Origin: Macrostomum lignano
Taxonomy: Eukaryota
Direction of reading: 5' to 3'
Length of the DNA stretch: 53,324 nt
NCBI GenBank assembly: GCA_002269645.1
Contig: NIVC01003769.1
Location: 1-53,324, forward strand
Shown piece after piece: positions 10,900 through 24,093 of this stretch. Within the stretch, counting starts at the first letter, position 1. The number at the start of each line of letters is the position of its first letter. The notes under the pieces are model-generated. The model did no database searches. It saw only the letters and a program-made list of their open reading frames with translations, and had not been told where the DNA came from. The position numbers and the translations under genes are program-made.

Positions 10900-12500
10900 T
10901 CAATGGGATAGTAGCAATTCCAATGGGATTAGTGGCAATTCCAATGGGATTAGTGGCAATTCTATGGGATTAGTGGCAATTCTATGGGATTAGTGGCAAT
11001 TCCATGGGATTAGTGGCAATTCTAATGGGATTAGTGGCAATTCTATGGGATTAGTGGCAATTCTAATGGGATTAGTGGCAATTCTATGGGATTAGTGGCA
11101 ATTTCAATGGGATAAGTGGCAATTCCATGGGATTAGTGGCAATTCTAATGGGATTAGTGGCAATTCCAAAGGGATTAGTGGCAATTCCATGGGATTAGTG
11201 GCAATTCTAATGGGATTAGTGGCAATTCCAATGGGATTAGTGGCAATTCCAATTGGATAAGTGGCAATTCCATGGGATTAGTGGCAATTCTATGGGATTA
11301 GTGGCAATTCCAAAGGGATTAGTGGCAATTCCATGGGATTAGTGGCAATTCTAATGGGATTAGTGGCAATTCCATGGGATTAGTGGCAATTCCAATGGGA
11401 TAAGTGGCAATTCCATGGGATTAGTGGCAATTCTAATGGGATTAGTGGCAATTCTATGGGATTAGTGGCAATTTCAATGGGATTAGTGGCAATTCTAATG
11501 GGATTAGTGGCAATTCCAATGGGATTAGTGGCAATTCCAATGGGATTAGTGGCAATTCTATGGGATTAGTGGCAATTCTATGGGATTAGTGGCAAATCCA
11601 ATGGGATTAGTGGCAATTCCATGGGGATTAGTGGCAATTCCATGGGATTAGTGGCAACTCCAAAGGGATTAGTGGCAATTCTATGGGATTAGTGGCAATT
11701 CTATGGGATTAGTGGCAAATCCAATGGGATTAGTGGCAATTCCATGGGGATTAGTGGCAATTCCATGGGATTAGTGGCAACTCCAAAGGGATTAGTGGCA
11801 ATTCTATGGGATTAGTGGCAATTCTAATGGGATTAGTGGCAATTCTATGGGATTAGTGGCAATTCCAATGGGATAAGTGGCAATTCCATGGGATTAGTGG
11901 CAATTCTAATGGGATTAGTGGCAATTCCAATGGGATTAGTGGCAATTCCATGGGATTAGTGGCAATTCCAAAGGGATTAGTGGCAATTCTATGGGATTAG
12001 TGGCAATTCTATGGGATTAGTGGCAATTCTATGGGATTAGTGGCAATTCCAATGGGATTAGTGGCAATTCTATGGGATTAGTGGCAATTCTATGGGATTA
12101 GTGGCAATTCTATGGGATTAGTGGCAATTCCAATGGGATTAGTGGCAATTCTATGGGATTAGTGGCAATTCCAATGGGATTAGTAGCAATTCCAATGGGA
12201 TTAGTGGCAATTTCAAAAGGGATTAGTGGCAATTCCAAAGGGATTAGTGGCAATTCTATGGGATTAGTGGCAATTCTATGGGATTAGTGGCAATTCTATG
12301 GGATTAGTGCCAATTCTATGGGATTAGTGCCAATTCCATGGGGATTAGTGGCATTTAATGGGGATTATATAGCGGAATTCCATGGAGATTAGTGGCATTT
12401 AATGGGGTTTAGCGCATTTAATACGGATTAGCGGAAATTCCAAGAGGATTAGCGAAAGTTCCATGGGGATTAGTGGTAATTTCAAAGGGATTAGGAGCGA
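10900..12500. repeat. 20-21-bp minisatellite filling VAP intron 2
   Basis: Unit (A)TGGGATTAGTGGCAATTC(C/T)A. Confidence 0.97.
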
Positions 12501-12587
12501 TTCAGAAGGGCAGATTAGATTAAAGAAAGATTCAGTACTGAAAGTCCAATGGGATAAACTGCACAAAGAGACCCGTCTGTCACAAAC

Positions 12588-12821
12588 CTTCAACTTGGAG
12601 TCCATCAGAGTCTCAGCCGTGGCAGATTTCCACAGTTCGTCCAGGCTTTCAACTGCGCCCGATTTCACCAGCAGGCTTTGGACCATGAATTTGTGGCGCG
12701 CCTTCTCGGCTGGATCGTATTCGAACGGTTGCAGCATGACGGCCACCTCCACTTCGCTATTGGGCTGCACAAGCCCGCTGTTCGGCCTGACGCAGTACCG
12801 CTTTGGCGCCGTCGTCTTTAC
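12588..12821 (-). CDS. VAPA: VAP exon 2 (MSP domain core)
   Basis: VKTTAPKRYCVRPNSG...MLQPFEYDPAEKARHKFMVQS...WKSATAETLMDSKLK, the canonical VAP signature; cgcag|GTA and AAG|gtttgt. Confidence 0.95.
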
Positions 12822-12834
12822 CTGCGTTAAATCG

Positions 12835-13722
12835 GCGAGATCTGGGAGATAGAGATCTGGGAGGTGGGGATCTGGGAGATGGAGATCTGAGAGGTGGGGA
12901 TCTGGGAGGTGGGGATCTGGGAGGTGGGGATCTGGGAGATGGAGATCTGGGAGGTGGGGATCTGGGAGATGGAGATCTGGGAGGTGGGGATCTGGGAGAT
13001 GGAGATCTGGGAGGTGGGATCTGGGAGATGGAGATCTGGGAGGTGGGGATCTGGGAGATGGAGATCTGGGAGGTGGGGATCTGGGAGGTGGGGATCTGGG
13101 AGGTAGGGATCTGGGAGGTAGGGATCTGGGAGGTAGGGATCTGGGAGGTGGAGATCTGGGAGGTGGGGATCTGGGAGGTGGGGATCTGGGAGGTGGGGAT
13201 CTGGGAGGTGGGGATCTTGGAGGTGGAGATCTACGAGATGGGATTTGGGAAGATAGTTGACATCAGGGAGGCTGGCCCAGCAACTGAGGATCTGGGAGGG
13301 TGGCCCAGCAACTGAGGATCTGGGAGGCTGGCCCAGCAACTGAGGATCTGGGAGGCTGGCCCAGCAACTGAGGATCTGGGAGGCTGGCCCAGCAACTGAG
13401 GATCTGGGAGGCTGGCCCAGCAACTGAAACTGGGAGGCTGGCATAGCAACTGAGGATCTGGGAGGCTGTGGCCCAGCAACTGACGCTCTGGGAGGCTGGC
13501 CCAGCAACTGAGGATCTGGGAGGCTGGCCCAGCAACTGAGGATCTGGGAGGCTGGCCCAGCAACTGAAACTGGGAGGCTGGCATAGCAACTGAGAATCTG
13601 GGAGGCTGGCCCGGCAACTGAGAATCTGGGAGGCTGGCCAAGCAACTGAGGATCTGGGAGGCTGTGGCCCAGCAACTGACGCTCTGGGAGGCTGGCCCAG
13701 CAACTGAGGATCTGGGAGGCCC
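12835..13722. repeat. Two adjacent minisatellites in VAP intron 1: 15-bp GGAGGTGGGGATCTG and 28-bp GGAGGCTGGCCCAGCAACTGAGGATCTG
   Basis: Seen directly; the two units share a GATCTGGGAG core. Confidence 0.95.
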
Positions 13723-13765
13723 CAAGGCCCGAGAGTCATAAACAGGTAGCAGATAGAGCATTCAC

Positions 13766-13888
13766 CTTGAAGGCCACAACATCGGACCCCGGGTTGCGCA
13801 GTCGCAGAGTCGAAGTCACAACCTTGTCAAAGGGACCACGGAAGGTCAGCTCCAACTCCGGCTTGATCTGCAGAATCTGGGTAGGCAT
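13766..13888 (-). CDS. VAPA: VAP exon 1
   Basis: MPTQILQIKPELELTFRGPFDKVVTSTLRLRNPGSDVVAFK then donor AAG|gtgaat; an upstream exon cannot be excluded. Confidence 0.88.
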
Positions 13889-15339
13889 GCCGATATCGAA
13901 AGTTGCTTGCTGATCGCAGAAACATAAAGATGAAGAAGAGTGCAAAGGATTTTCCATGCAAGCGAGCCTTAGGGGTTTTATATCACCTAGATTTTTAGTT
14001 ATGTGGCTGTGCCAGCAACACCAGTGTAAAAAAGTGTTCAGTGTTAATAGATGATGAAGTCATGACTCATTTCATTTAATTAGTCATAAAATTGTAATCA
14101 TGAACTTATTTACATTAGGCAAATAAGTGACAAAAATTCCTTTTCTACTAATTTTTTGGCAGAAGAAAATTAAAAAATTATATGATTTTGCTTTCTAATG
14201 CTTTTACAGTAATTAGCAAAAAATAACTTTTGAAGGAAAAGGCTTGCATTAATAATGAATGAAATGTGCATAAAAATTGCCTTTTTAATTTATTTAATAA
14301 ACAAGTAGCTCAAATTTAAATTTTTTAAATTTTCTTTTACAAATAAAAATATAAAAACCAACATCATTTTATTTGCCAAAATAGTTTATATTTCTTAACA
14401 TATTTTAGACCCCAATCATAATCTTCATACATAATAGTATACTAGATTAATAGTATACCAGATGGTATCAATATTCATTTTTAGACAAGGTATAATAACA
14501 AACTATTATAAGTTTTGTCTAGAAAATCTAGATCTTTATTATGTAAAAAAACTAAGAACAAAACCTTTAACATTCAAGAAGGAAATAAGAATAAATATTA
14601 GACTGCTACCAGAATACATTAGACCATTAGGCCTACCAAAGTATAATAGACCACTATTAGAATACTTTAGACTGCTATTAGCAATGCTACCAAAAATGTG
14701 TTAAAGTGCATTTTATAGTACATTTATAAAAATAGATTATTAGGCCCTATATCCTAAAAAAGAATGGGCTCTTTTATATATTAAAAGGTCAATAGCCAAC
14801 TATTAAGACTTAATTGAATAAGGGGTTTAAAGATAAAGAGACTTAAAATTTGAATAGAAACATAAACCTAAGCCCCTATTCAAGATTAGATGTTGATTAA
14901 TAATTCTAGCCTATAGTATATAAAAAGCCTAAAATAGATTGAAAACTAGTTATCTAAATTTTATATCTTCTATATAAAATATTTTTTGTGTAAATAAAAT
15001 ATGTATAAAACCCTAAAATGGTTCTACCAAAGCTAGGCCTATATAGTATACAAGCTGCTAAAACCCGCAGATTTTGAACCCAGGGAATTCCAATCCCCGG
15101 AACTATTTTTGCATATATTGAGATTAAACTCAAACAAAAACATTTGTTTTTGTTTGAGTTAGAGTTAATAACAATAATAGAGTTAATAGAGTTTGGATAG
15201 AGTTAAACAAAAAATAGAGTACATTTGTGTAAAATTAGGATTTAAGGCAAACATTGATATTGTTGGCTGGGGTGCTGCACAGAATGTCAGGAAAACTCTG
15301 GCCTCTACCTCTGCCTCTCCCTATGTCCCTTGCATCTTT

Positions 15340-15765
15340 TGAAACTTCTATCTTCTCTTCTGTTTTCTCACTTCTCTCTTGTCTCTTCTTTCTCCTCTCA
15401 TCTCTTCTTTCTTCTCTCCTCTGTCCCTCTTCTTTTGTCTTTTCCCTCTATTTGTTTCTCTCTTCTTTCCTCTCTTCTCTCTCGTCTCTGCTCTCTCATC
15501 TCTCCTTTCTCCTCTTTTATCTCTTCTCATTTCTCTCTGCTCTCTCCTCTCTTTTCTCTCTCTGCTCTCTACTCTCTCTTCCCTCTCCTCTCCTCTCTTC
15601 TCACTCATTACAAATTACTCTCTCAACACTTCCCTTATCTCTCCTCTCTCCTTTCTCTTCTCTTCACTCTCTCCTCTCATCTCTTCTATTGTCTCTTTCC
15701 TTAACTCTCTTCGCTTTCATATCTTTCCTTTCTCTTCTTTTATCTTTTCTCTCTTATCTCTTCTC

Positions 15766-15831
<66 letters not shown>

Positions 15832-16203
15832 TCTCTCCTGTCTCATCTCTCTTCTCCTCTCTAATCTCTCCCCTCTCCTCTCATATATCATCTGTTCACT
15901 CTTATCTTTGCTCTCTCACCCCCTCTCTCTTCTGTCATCTCTACTTTCCTCTCTCCTGTGTACTCTTCTCTTTCCCCTCTTTCCTTACTCCTCTTTTCTC
16001 TTCCCTCTTCTTTACTCTCTCCACTCTATTCTCTTCTCTCGTCTCTCTGCACTCTGCTCTCTCCTCCTTCATCTCTCATCTCTACTCTCTCATCTCTCCT
16101 TTTCTCTCTTATCTTTATTACATTACATTACATTACATTACATTACAATAATACTAAAAATGGTCTGTCGGTATGTGTGTGTGTGTATGTGTGTGTGTGT
16201 GTG
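15340..16203. repeat. Polypyrimidine low-complexity tract with (CT)n, (ACATT)n and (GT)n microsatellites
   Basis: Seen directly. Confidence 0.9.
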
Positions 16204-16262
16204 ATCGATTTTAGCAAAAACGGCTCAACCGATTTTCTTCGAACTTGCACTGTTCGATCAGA
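16148..16262 (+). mobile_element. Possible 5' part of a non-autonomous Helitron/Helentron (DINE-1/Lep1-like) element
   Basis: ...AAAAATGGTCTGTC + GT microsatellite + AAAAACGGCTCAACCGATTTT, a motif order typical of these elements. Confidence 0.4.
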
Positions 16263-16697
16263 AATTTTCCCGTGACAGTACATGCATCGTGGCTAAGAAA
16301 TTGCTTGATGCTAAAGGGATTAAATATTCGAAAAACATGCTTTTTTGCAAAGGTCAAGCAGCTCTTTCGACTTGAAATGCATCGTAAGAATGCTAGCAGA
16401 AAAACTGACTGGTTGAATTCTGATTCTGAAATAGATTGCATCACAATACACTTTATTTATCGTCTGTGTACTGGCTGAATTTGACACTCAATTGAATTGC
16501 GTCACAGCTTTGAGTGTGAAAGCATAGCGCAGTACTGAATTTATATTACGTAACCATATTGTAAACTTTCATAGACACTGGTACTGACTTGCCTAAGAAA
16601 TTGATTATGTCATAACTGCTTCGTGAGACTTTTTACTCTACCTGACTTGGTGTGAGTGTTGAATTATATAAGTGGTACAACATCACTGATAACTTCG

Positions 16698-16765
16698 ATG
16701 AGAGCTAGCCTAGAGCTGAACAGACCAGACTGCTAATGCAGCGACCTAGGTTCGAATCTAGTAGT
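16698..16765 (+). other. Degenerate tRNA-like fragment (possible tRNA-Ser-derived SINE head)
   Basis: B-box GGTTCGAATC in a CTAGG...CTAG stem and a GACTGCTAAT anticodon-loop-like motif; acceptor and anticodon stems do not pair. Confidence 0.25.
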
Positions 16766-16811
16766 GTAAATTTTTTTATTAAAAGGTTTTATTAAAGGAC
16801 TAAATAAAAAC

Positions 16812-19300
16812 ACTTAGATTACTGCACTCGATAAGCCAAGGATTATTGCTATTAATAAACCAAGGACTACTGCACTCGATAAACCAAGGACTATTGCTCT
16901 TGGCAAACCAAGGATTACTGCACTCAAGAAGCCAAGGATTATTGCTATTAATAAACCAAGGATTACTGCACTTGGAAAACCAAGGATTACTGCACTCGAT
17001 AAACCAAGGACTATTGCTCTTGGCAAACCAAGGATTACTGCACTCAAGAAGCCAAGGATTATTGCACTTGGAAAACCAAGGATTACTGCACTTGATAAAC
17101 CAAGGACTATTGCTCTTGGCAAACCAAGGATTACTGCACTCAAGAAGCCAAGGATTATTGCTATTAATAAACCAAGGATTACTGCACTTGGAAAACCAAG
17201 GATTACTGCACTCGATAAACCAAGGACTATTGCTCTTGGCAAACCAAGGATTACTGCACTCAAGAAGCCAAGGATTATTGCACTTGGAAAACCAAGGATT
17301 ACTGCACTCGATAAACCAAGGACTATTGCACTTGATAAACCAAGGAATATTGCACTTGATAGGCCAAGGATTACTGCACTTGATAAACCAAGGATTATTG
17401 CACTTGATAGGCCAAAGATTACTGCGCTTGATAAACCAAGGATTATTGCACTTGATAAACCAAGGATTATTGCACTTGATAAGCCAAGGATTACTGCGCT
17501 TGATAAACCAAGGATTATTGCACTTGATAAACAAAGGATTATTGCACTTGATAAACAAAGGATTATTGCACTTGATAAACAAAGGATTATTGCACTTGAT
17601 AAACCAAGGATTATTGCACTTGATAAGCCAAGGATTATTGCACTTGATAAGCCATGGATTATTGCACTTGATAGTAAAGAATGTTGCACTTGATAAGCCA
17701 AGGATTAATGCACTGGATTATTCAAGGATTATTGATATTAATAAACCAAGGACTACTCCACTCGATAAACCAAGGATTATTGCTCTTAATAAACCAAGGA
17801 TTACTGCACTTGGAAAACTAAGGATTACTGCACTCGATAAACCAAAGACTATTGCACTTGATAAACCAAGGATTATTGCACTTGATAGGCCAAGGATTAC
17901 TGCACTTGATAAACCAAGGATTATTGCACTTGATAGGCCAAAAATTACTGCGCTTGATAAACCAAGGATTATTGCACTTGATAAACCAAGGATTATTGCA
18001 CTTGATAAGCCAAGGATTATTGCACTTGATAAACCAATGATTATTGCAGTTGATAAGCCAAGGATTATTGCATCTGATAAACCAAGGATTATTGCACTTG
18101 ATAAACCAAGGATTATTGCACTTGATAAACAAAGGATTATTGCACTTGATAGGCCAAAGATTACTGCGCTTGATAAACCAAGGATTATTGCACTTGATAA
18201 ACCAAGGATTATTGCACTTGATAAGCCAAGGATTATTGCACTTGATAAACCAAGGGTTATTGCAGTTGATAAGCCAAGGATTATTGCATCTGATAAACCA
18301 AGGATTATTGCACTTGATAAACCAAGGATTATTGCACTTGATAAACCAAGGATTATTGCACTTGATAAACCAAGGATTATTGCTCTTGGCAAACCAAGGA
18401 TTACTGCACTCGATAAGCCAAGGATTATTGCTCTTAATAAACCAAGGATTACTGCACTTGGAAAACTAAGGATTACTGCACTCAATAAACTAAGGATTAT
18501 TGCTCTTGGCAAACCAAGGATTATTGCACTTGATAGGCCAAGGATTACTGCACTTGATAAACCAAGGATTATTGCACTTGATAAACCAAGGATTATTGCA
18601 CTTGATAAGCCAAGGATTATTGCACTTGATAGGCCAAGGATTACTGCACTTGATAAACCAAGGATTATTGCACTTGATAAACCAAGGATTATTGCAGTTG
18701 ATAAGCCAAGGATTATTGCACTTGATAAACAAAGGATTATTACACTTGATAAACCAAGGATTATTGCACTTGATAAACCAAGGATTATTGCACTTGATAG
18801 GCCAAGGATTACTGCACTTGATAAACCAAGGATTATTGCACTTGATAGGCCAAAGATTACTGCGCTTGATAAACCAAGGATTATTGCAGTTGATAAGCCA
18901 AGGATTATTGCATTTGATAAACCAAGGATTATTTCACTTGATAAACCAAGGATTATTGCACTTGATAAACAAATATTGCACTTGATAAACCAAGGATTAT
19001 TGCACCTGATAAGCCAAGGATTACTGCGCTAGATAAACCAAGGATTATTGCACTTAATAAACCAAGGATTATTGCACTTAATAAACCAAGGATTATTGCA
19101 CTTGATAAACCAAGGATTATTGCACTTGATAAACAAAGGATTATTGCACTTGATAAACCAAGGATTATTGCACTTTATAAGCCAAAGATTACTGCACTTG
19201 ATAAACCAAGGATTATTGCACTTGATAAACCAAGGATTATTGCACTTGATTAATCAAGGATTATTGCTATTAATAAACCAAGGATTATTGCACTAGCTGA
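16812..19300. repeat. 24-bp minisatellite, about 100 copies, with higher-order structure
   Basis: Unit GCACTTGATAAACCAAGGATTATT. Confidence 0.97.
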
Positions 19301-19419
19301 GAAGCTGATTACTGCGCTGTCTAAAAAAGAGATTATTGCGCTCGCTGAGACGTGGATTGTTGCACAACCTGAGAAAGCGATTATTGCATTAGCGGAAGTA
19401 ACATTTGCACTAGCTACTT

Positions 19420-19830
19420 GCTGTCTCGTGGATGCTTTCTCTCGAGGGGGGATACTTGCTATTTGGGAGAGGGGTACTGGCTACATGCATGGGATTCTTT
19501 CTATCCAGGGATGCTTGCTATTCAGGGATTCTTGCTATCAGGATGCTTGCTATTCAGGGATTCTTGCTATCTGCAGGATGCTTGCTATTTAGGGATGCTA
19601 TCTGCAGGATGCTTGCTATCTGGGTGGATGCTTCTATAATATCTGGGGGTGCTTGCTATCTGCAGGATGCTTCTATAATATCTGGGGGTGCTTGCTATCT
19701 GCAGAATGCTTGCTATCTGGGTGGATGCTTCTATAATATCTGGGGGGTGCTTGCTAATCTGCAGATGCTTGCTATCTGTGGTGATTCTTGCTATGAGCAT
19801 TAGAGGATGCTTGCTATCTGCGATTGTTCA
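19420..19830. repeat. Degenerate ~18-bp repeat (ATGCTTGCTATCTGCAGG)
   Basis: Seen directly. Confidence 0.85.
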
Positions 19831-20063
19831 CTTTTGGAGGGGGTTGCTTGCTGTCTTGGGAATATTTTCTATTTAGGGAAACGATATTTTGTTGACTGTT
19901 TGTTAATTTTAGAGAAAAAGTGATTTTTTAATTTTGCAAACATCTTAGTCCGTGACAATTTTACACGAATAAGGTGATTTTTAAAATGTGAAGAAGGAAT
20001 TAGTGTTTAAGAAAATGTGTTTTTTTATTGTTTTCCATGAACTATTTTTGCTCCTTTCTTATT

Positions 20064-20099
20064 GGGCGCCCCGAAGGGGGGCCGCACTAGATTGCTAGT
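20064..20099 (+). mobile_element. Possible Helitron 3' terminus
   Basis: GC hairpin with GAA loop (GCCCC-GAA-GGGG) followed by CTAG-T. Confidence 0.35.
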
Positions 20100-20109
20100 T
20101 ACAATCTAA

Positions 20110-20480
20110 TTTCTTTCCTCTCTCCTCCTCTTCCCTTTACTCTATCTCTCCTTTCTCCTCTTTTCTTTCTCTTTCTCTCATCTTTATCTTTTCTCTTCTC
20201 ACTCCTCTCTCCCCTCTCTCCCCCTCTTTCCCCCTCTTATCTCCTCTCCTCGATCCTTTCTAATCTCTCCTCAATCCTCTCCTCTCTTATCAATCCTGTC
20301 TTATCTCTCCCCCCTTCTCTCTCCCTCTTCTCACCTCTACTCTTTCCTCTCTCCTCTCTCCCCTCCTCTCACTTTTTCCTTGCATATTCTCTGCTCACTC
20401 CTTACCTCCTCATATCTCTTGTTATCTTCTATTATTTCTATTATTTTTCTTATTCCCTTTTTGCCCTTCCTTCTCTTTCT
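20110..20480. repeat. CT-rich low-complexity tract
   Basis: Seen directly. Confidence 0.85.
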
Positions 20481-21289
20481 AATAGTCTATTCTTTTTCTT
20501 TTCCACTCTTATCTGGCCTGTAGCCATGAGCTGGATTCTTTATCTGGCCTTTGAAGTAAAAATCTACCAATCCTGCTTCGAAAGCCAGTTTTTGGGACAT
20601 AGTTGTTATCATTTTTCATCCTTTAATCATATCATTTTTCTGGCCAATTAGTAGCCCTAAGAGGAATCTCTAGCTTCACGAACACTACCACAGTCTGCAG
20701 TAGTCTAACAACCAAGGACATGTATGCATTTCTTAGGAGCCATTTAAATTTTAAAGTACTTTATACAAAACTTAATGTTAAAAGTTTCATGGTGTAACTA
20801 ATTTAGTAGAATTGCATCGTAATCAGTTGTTTAAAAATTTTTCGCTATTTTTACAAATACAAACCATCCTGCTGCCCACATTGCCTTGGTTTGCCGCTGC
20901 TACAGACTTGTCCATACAAAGGACAGTGGTTTGGATCTCTCACTAAACTGTCATGGCTAAACGCAGCCTCTCCACGCGGAGGGGGGGGGTGCAGAGAAGG
21001 CTATTAAAAAGTTATTCCAAAACACTGTACATTTGCTATGTTACATTCAGCCCTATCACCTGACCCTTTGTCTGGGCTGGTGCTGGGAAAGTGAGCAGCC
21101 CAAACAACAGAAAAAGCAGACAAACTTCACATGCTTATAGTTTCTTTTTTGGTTGAGTTACAGAGTTGAAACTTAACATTCAGATAAAGAATGAGTCAAT
21201 GAAGAATTGTATCAAGTTTAAGGTCAATCGCTTTACGTGGAGCAAACTTATGGCAGCTAAAAGTTAGTCAATTTTGAAACCCCTTTTAC

Positions 21290-21727
21290 ACATCTAGGCC
21301 CAGATCGGGAAAGAGAGGCAGGCGGGCGGAGGTTGGGGTGGTTGCTATGCTGAAAAAAACAGCCTAAATTTAAAAGTGCACAGCACAGCTTAGGATTAAC
21401 TTTAAGACTCGAAATTTTACATGATTGTGCTAAAATAGTTGAAGATTGTTTGTGTCAAATTTAAAGAGAATCGGTAAAAGTGGAGCGGAGCTAGGGGCCT
21501 ATGGAGAATTTAGTGAAAAAATCACAAATTTTGAGCAGTTTTTTGTACTTTTAGATAGGAAGACTTGAGTCTAGAAAATTTAAAGGTAGTCTAAGACATT
21601 CTCTGTAGTAAGTTTAGGGTGGGTGTAAAGTTTGGTATCATTTGGTTGAGCAGTTTAGGAGTCCATAGTGAAGTAATTTGTTTATAGATGGACAGACAGA
21701 GTTTTGATTTTTATATGTAGAGATTAT
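21290..21727 (-). mobile_element. Possible non-autonomous Helitron/DINE-1-like element
   Basis: Minus strand begins TCTCTACATATAAAAATCAAAACTCTGTCTGTCC...AAACTGCTCAACC, a typical 5' architecture; the 3' end is uncertain. Confidence 0.4.
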
Positions 21728-23132
21728 AACTAATTTATCAACTTAAGAATCTTAAGTAATATTATTTATTTTTTAATTTTTACATTTTTAAAACACTTTT
21801 GTTTTATTATTATGACTTTACTTTATTTTAACTTCATTTTTTGTTTAAAAATTTTTTTTAAATTTATTAGGCCCTATTCTTGGAAACCAGGCTATTTAGT
21901 ACTTTGAATCAAATTTTTGATAATGGCTTTTTTAATGGCTAGGCCTATAGATCTGGCAATCTTCTGCAAGCAATTATCTACTAATGAGGTCTTGAACCTT
22001 AGAAGTATCTTGTTTTAAATATCATCATTTTGTTTCAATCTTATCTTGAACAAAATCTTATTACTATTAGCAATTATCTATTAAAATTAAAATGTTTCTA
22101 CTATATTATATCCATAAATTTCTTTATTGGAATACCATTGCCAGATCTATAGCCATTGGAAAATGGGTTACAGTGCTATAACTGTAGCCATTACCCAAAT
22201 TTTTATTAGCTTAGGCCTATAGTAGCCAATAGAGAGGTTAAAAATGGAGGTTGCCTTGCCTTAGGCCTACTAAAAAATTAAGAAGCAGTTTTTTGCTTGT
22301 CATTTTGGGTAAGGCTACTCTTGGGCCCGGGCTAAACAGAGCTTTTTAGAAAAATGAGAAAATTGAAAATATTTTATCAAACCTAAAACTTAACTTCTTA
22401 AATTAAAAGTTCCACTTTATTGTCTAAGAGTAAGACCCTGTTGCTTGCAAAAAAGTAGTAAACTTTAGTGGCCTAGGGCTAGGCTAAGTCTACATATAGT
22501 ATAGCCATAGGCCTACACATTGCAAAATATGGACATATGGTATTGGTATGCCATAGGCCTAGATGCAAACAAAAGTTAATTGGTAAATTGAGCTGGCTTC
22601 AAATGTTATTTATGTCCTTTCGTTAAAATCAATAGCAAAATCATAAAGTTTTGATGTTTCGTTGATAGGGGGCCTATGCTTTTAGCTTTGGTAGGCCCCC
22701 CTCCTGTCTATGAACAACTTACAACTTCCAGTCCACTGGCACTTGGGCAGTGGGCTTGGGAAGTTACTTTATAGGCCAAGGAAGGATACCCTATGATTTT
22801 TGTAGTTTCTTATCAACTAATCAGATTTATTTGTGATACATGGATCTAAAGGGCACAAAGGACAAAAGGTTTACTGCTACTACAGTATTTTAGTTTAAAA
22901 TTGAAATATTTTATTAATTTATTATTTATGGATACAGGATACCTGTAGACTTGCGATCAAAGTCAGCGTACCGAATGAACCTCCACTAAAGAAAGAAGCC
23001 TGAACATAAAGACTGCAAATATTTTTTGTAAAAAAATTGTACAAATTTTTTAGCATTGTTTAATTCGACTTTTAGTATCTCTTGTAATTTATTTTGTTTG
23101 TTTTACTCTTTTCTTATATCAAAAAACATTTC

Positions 23133-23516
23133 GAGCCTCTTCACGGCAATCGGTTCTAGAACCAGAATAAATTCCAGTTCTAGAACCAGAACCAGTGTTA
23201 AATGAGGAGCTTCGAACCCATTTTATGTTTCACAGTCTTTACAATTTAATTTTGTCGTTCTTTGACTTTGTTTTCTCTTGGATATGACAAAAACTTAATA
23301 ATTATATATAGGAATAACAAAAAATTAACGATTTCAAATATATTTTACTGTGAAAGTGTCAACATGACAACGGTTCGAGAAAATTTCTCGAACCATATTC
23401 TAGAACCAGAACCATGTTCCGGAACTGATCCTGTTTTTCGAATCATCGATATGAAGAGCGTTGAACCGGTTCGGAACCGCGGTTCCGTTTTTCGAACCGG
23501 CGATATGAAGAGGCTC
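23133..23516. mobile_element. MITE with GAGCCTCTTCA terminal inverted repeats
   Basis: Exact 11-bp TIR plus imperfect CGGTTC(T/G)A(G/A)AAC subterminal IR; no clean TSD. Confidence 0.6.
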
Positions 23517-23538
23517 AAATTGTCTACCGGGCTCGTTG

Positions 23539-23798
23539 CTGGTGTTGGTATTTCGCGGCCCGGCCCAGGGCCGCGGCGTTGTTACTTTAGTTTTTAACTT
23601 AATTTAAAAAATAGAGCATCAGAAGTTCAATAAATTTACAATCAATATTTTACAACGTAGTAAACTCACAATTGACTCCAAAAATATGCGGCATTCTGGT
23701 CAGTATTTTTTGTTTTACTTATTTACTAAATATATATTTACATTGGCTAAATAGGGGCCGCCCGGGCCGGGCCCTGCCGCGAAATAACAACACCCCAG
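23539..23798. mobile_element. MITE with GGTGTTG(G/T)TATTTCGCGGC TIRs
   Basis: 19-bp inverted repeat with one mismatch, followed by GC-rich subterminal inverted segments. Confidence 0.65.
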
Positions 23799-23817
23799 AT
23801 TCCATTTCGTCATTGAA

Positions 23818-24093
23818 GGGGCTTTTCACATTACCATGGCCAATTCCAGAACCAGAATCGGTGCAGATCTTCCAAGAAAAAAAACAGTATAACTATTTAA
23901 CTTTGTTGTTGAATGTTTGACTGTCTTAACAGCCTCATTTTGCACAAATTTTCACTTTCTTCTTGGCTATTTCTATTCAATAATTACAACTTTAAAGCAC
24001 TTACATCCCTCTAGTTTAGGAGACAAAAAGTTTATACTTTACAATATGGATCTGGTTCTAGAACCAGATTAACAATTGCAATACGAAAAGGCC
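23818..24093. mobile_element. MITE family copy 1 (GGC(C/T)TTTTCA TIRs)
   Basis: GGGGCTTTTCAC...CGAAAAGGCC; the internal sequence aligns with copy 2 at 24281-25219. Confidence 0.6.

Noticed and set aside
12803-13761. Multiple overlapping repeat ORFs
   Set aside because: VAP intron 1 minisatellites
15254-16275. Leu/Ser-rich long ORFs
   Set aside because: Polypyrimidine low-complexity DNA
16846-19032. 728-aa LRR-looking ORF (LLHLINQG / ALDKPRII)
   Set aside because: The 24-bp period keeps frames open; the ORF switches repeat register midway and has no unique N- or C-terminal domain
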